Shown here: positions 58,791 to 64,000 of the stretch, piece by piece
How the letters are laid out: each line of letters opens with the position of its first letter
Numbering within the stretch: position 1 is the stretch's first letter
From: Octopus vulgaris
Lineage: Eukaryota
Length of the DNA: 64,000 nt
Direction: 5' to 3'
Assembly: GCA_951406725.2 (NCBI GenBank)
Contig: OX597815.1
Location: 89,342,001 to 89,406,000 of the forward strand
Made by a program: the position numbers and the translations under genes
Notes under the pieces: model-generated
The model's database searches: none
Told to the model about the DNA's origin: nothing
What the model saw: the letters and a program-made list of their open reading frames with translations, nothing else

Positions 58791-58887
58791 ATCCGTTACA
58801 CCCGATCTTACGAACAGGTTTCGCACTAGGTGTTCAATGGAGTGTTAAGTAACAATCCGACTACTTAACCCTGTTCTCTTCAGGGAT
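58791..58887 (-). ncRNA. possible degenerate hammerhead with long stem-II insert next to (TA)n
   Basis: Reverse complement ATCC-CTGAAGA-gaac...(gttaagta/tacttaac hairpin)...gtgc-GAA-ACCTG..CGGGT-gtaac-GGAT; extra nucleotides at the cleavage site. Confidence 0.35.
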
Positions 58888-58897
58888 GGCAGTCATG

Positions 58898-60800
<1,903 letters not shown>

Positions 60801-60806
<6 letters not shown>

Positions 60807-60932
60807 TATATAGAAGGAGCTTCTACAGGACTAGAACTGTTTCATTCAAGAGAAATCATCAGGAAGCTTCCTGATGATTTCTCTTGAATGAAACAGTTCT
60901 AGTCCTGTAGAAGCTCCTTCTATATAATAAAT
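60801..60932. repeat. perfect 132-bp palindrome encoding a hammerhead on each strand
   Basis: Centre at AAG|CTT (60866/60867); + strand AGCTTC-CTGATGA-tTTC-tctt-GAAt-GAA-ACAG-ttctagtc-CTGT-A-GAAGCT (60865-60915). Confidence 0.88.
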
Positions 60933-60998
60933 TAATTTTACTCTGCTATGTATTGAGTACCTTATTTACTGTGGTTAACCCAGAATCAACCCGGGACC

Positions 60999-61044
<46 letters not shown>

Positions 61045-63389
61045 TAGTTCGACTCGCCATCAGGCCACTGGCCAAGGGTTTGTTACGTTATCCCTAGTTT
61101 TTTCCAAGGATATATTCAATTCTTTACGAGTTATCAAATCGCATGTGCATTAATGACATTTTGTTATCATTAAAATTTTATAAGCCATCTCTGAATCACT
61201 GTTGAAGAACATATTCAGGTAAATCTTAAACAAATTTTGGGGTCCAAGAGCGGCCAACCATTCATATTTAAACTGCATAAAATAGCATGATAAGACGTTT
61301 TGATTGATTGCGCATTGAATTCATATGGAGTTAAGACAATGTTTTTACATATTTTACTGAATATATTTCACGGGAAAACCGACGTTGAATGCATACTTTA
61401 CACCAAATCGGAACAATTAGGAGTTTTCACGTAACACTTTCCATTTCAATAGGCATGGTTATTTATATAATTATGTTTAGATGGAAATTCAATTAGCTAA
61501 TAGAAATTAGATTCAATAAAATTAGAATGTAGCTGGAAGTAATACGAAGTTTAGCATTAAAATTTTCTGTTTTTTAGCTACTTTTATTTGATTATCCTTT
61601 ATGTTGATGATGGCATTAAAAGCGGATTATATTTCTGAGCAGATTTTTGCATGTACATGTTAACATATAATTAACGGTGGTGGTGACGATGAAGCTATTC
61701 ATCAAGAAAAGTTTATGATATTAATGATCACGACTAGAATGACAATACTAAAATATTTAATAATTACAATAACACTAAGTAAATTTCAAACCTTTTCTTT
61801 CATATTGTTTTTAATATACTTCTTTCCTCTCTCCTTACATTTGTTTCTTCACTAAACTAATGCCTCACAACGCTCCTTATAAACGTTGTTTAAAGTAAGC
61901 AATAACTGAAATGCGTCTCACAGACAGATGAGATTACATACTAACTAATATCACATAAAATGTGTTTGAAATTAGCAATCACAGAAATTTTATTCGTCGT
62001 ACATAAAATTTAAATTAGAGAATTACCTGATTAAGTTTGTGGGCTGTGAGTGAAAACGTGTAAAATATATTTGGTTTTAGGTAGTAAAATTAATCATTGT
62101 TCGCATTCACTTCTGCTAGCCTGTAATTACGGCAAAATGCCGGAGTTCCAAGATACGAATATATCATTTACAGTGTATGTTTGTTTAATTCTCTATATGT
62201 TGCGTAATGCATTAGAATTCGTGAAAGGTGCCTGGGTTTATTCTTTGTCGTTGCTATGGTATTTTTCATTTAGAAACTGTACTCAAATACCAGTTGTAAT
62301 TACTTTAATGATCTATGAAATATACTTCACATGTACTTTGTCATATTTCAGTCGTAGTCGAAATTAACAAAAATATAGTGGAGTTATATAACATTAGGTG
62401 AAATTTGTGCTTCTACTATGGTTTTTACCAGCGAAATAACCTGATTGCAACCGAGAATGCAAACCTCCATTCAGAAAACTGGTTGTGAAATATCTGCAAT
62501 TATTGGTCGGATTTTAAACAATGGAGGTGTATTTGATTGAATTGATATGTGAACATTAATGACAATTATATATCAACATTGGTGCAATGAAAGGCATTGA
62601 ACCAACATATTTAAACACAAAATGTAATGGTTCATGGCAAGATACTGCAAGTTAATCTACCATCTCTTTTATATTAAACTTCTGATTTCCATTAACTAGA
62701 ACTGCACGACGTAAATATATGCGTTGAATTCGATAAAATCGCGCCGTGCAAGAAGCCTTGCGTTAGTTTCATAGTTATATTTTATATTTTCAGATTTGGT
62801 TGAAAAAGTATTAACCTTCCGTCCTTCGGTGATAAATGAAGTACATACTGTCGAAATGTTGCAGCTGATAAAATAAACACCGACTCCTGAAACATTACAA
62901 GTGTATTTTGGTTTTACTTCATATTAATTCATTTGTCACATCGATTAGCTTGAGGTTCGATATCAGTATGCAGAACCACATGCGTTTGTCTTCTACCGTA
63001 ACCTCCGTTTGACAAATAAACTGTGAAAGGAAAAACGTAAAACCGAAACCGTGCTAGAAGCCTTTCATATATATATATATGTACATATACTTTACGAGAT
63101 TGTAAACCTGTGAAAAGTATAAAACGTTTTGAAATGATGATTACATTCTAGGCTCCTTCTATACCAAAGTTGTAGATGGGCTTCAAGTGAACCCAATCTA
63201 CAACAGGGTTTCGTTTTCGAGAAAAGCCATTTCAATCTGTTTTATAATAACACTATCAAGCGCAGCTCCTGCATACTCGCTATTACCCCATGTTTGACCA
63301 TGCATATCACTATTTCATAAAATACCAACTCATAGTGATAATTAATCAAAGGGTTTCTACTTGTCATATAACCACCTACAATGAAGCGC

Positions 63390-63432
<43 letters not shown>

Positions 63433-64000
63433 TGCTTCTTCTAATGAGCATATATGACTATATGTATATTAATATGAATGCAGGGTGAGTGACGATATCT
63501 ATATACTTATTTTTTCTAATTTTCAAGGAAGGACACGGAAACTAGACTGTAATGAATTAACATTAAACAGAAACTTATTCCTGCGTAGAATGGACCAGTC
63601 GTTTTGTCGCAAGGTACAAGGGATACCTTAGATCTTTCAAAGAAATAAAAGAGCAAACTAATAGAAAAGTATTGAAATGGCCAGTCTTCACCAATTTATT
63701 ACTTTATTATCACTAAATACTTAATTTTATTCTTCAGTCTATTGTTCAATCGGTTCAGCATCTTTTCCGTTTAATCTGACCATTAAGGTAGAATGGTAAT
63801 TCATAGTCCACCCAGCCCTTTTCTTTCCCTCTCCATTTATTCATGTATTTTGTATTTCGATTGTATTTGTAATCTGTCTCTGCCTGTCACTGTATTCATT
63901 AGTTCAGTTTTGTCTGTAAGCTGCTGAAAATGACACTTTACTTTCGGTACGCATTCACAAAGTGAGTGAAATGAGGAGACGATCTAAGAAAGGATTTATT

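Noticed and set aside
62790-63400. Possible small host exons (polypyrimidine-AG sites near 62793 on +, 63022 and 63388 on -)
   Set aside because: Short frames with no recognisable protein similarity; cannot be supported without transcript data.

Overview
AT-rich, microsatellite-dense eukaryotic non-coding DNA. The SINE families and repeat landscape suggest a cephalopod, probably Octopus; this is inferred from recalled repeat families, not a search. No host protein-coding gene can be supported, and almost all ORF-track entries are microsatellite artefacts. The window is a mosaic of mobile-element remnants: a MULE transposase, a stack of R4/Dong-like RLE retrotransposons in (TAA)n, Tc1/mariner pieces, a Chapaev3-like transposase, three CR1-like LINEs, a Penelope-like element (PLE) and many tRNA-derived SINEs. 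The most striking signal is a set of non-coding elements inserted in (TA)n that carry minimal type-I hammerhead ribozyme (HHR) folds. Four share one architecture: (TA)n, an inverted partial copy, one or more direct copies, (TA)n. They are a ~507-bp-unit array (41962-45489, 7 HHRs), a ~590-bp-unit array (59048-60755, 3 HHRs), a perfect 132-bp palindrome (60801-60932) and an inverted-repeat-flanked HHR (20527-20854). A fifth insert carries a rare G3-C8 core swap (17008-17057). Together they look like a diverse family of fold-back retrozymes or non-autonomous PLE derivatives. All folds were read by eye and none is shown to cleave.
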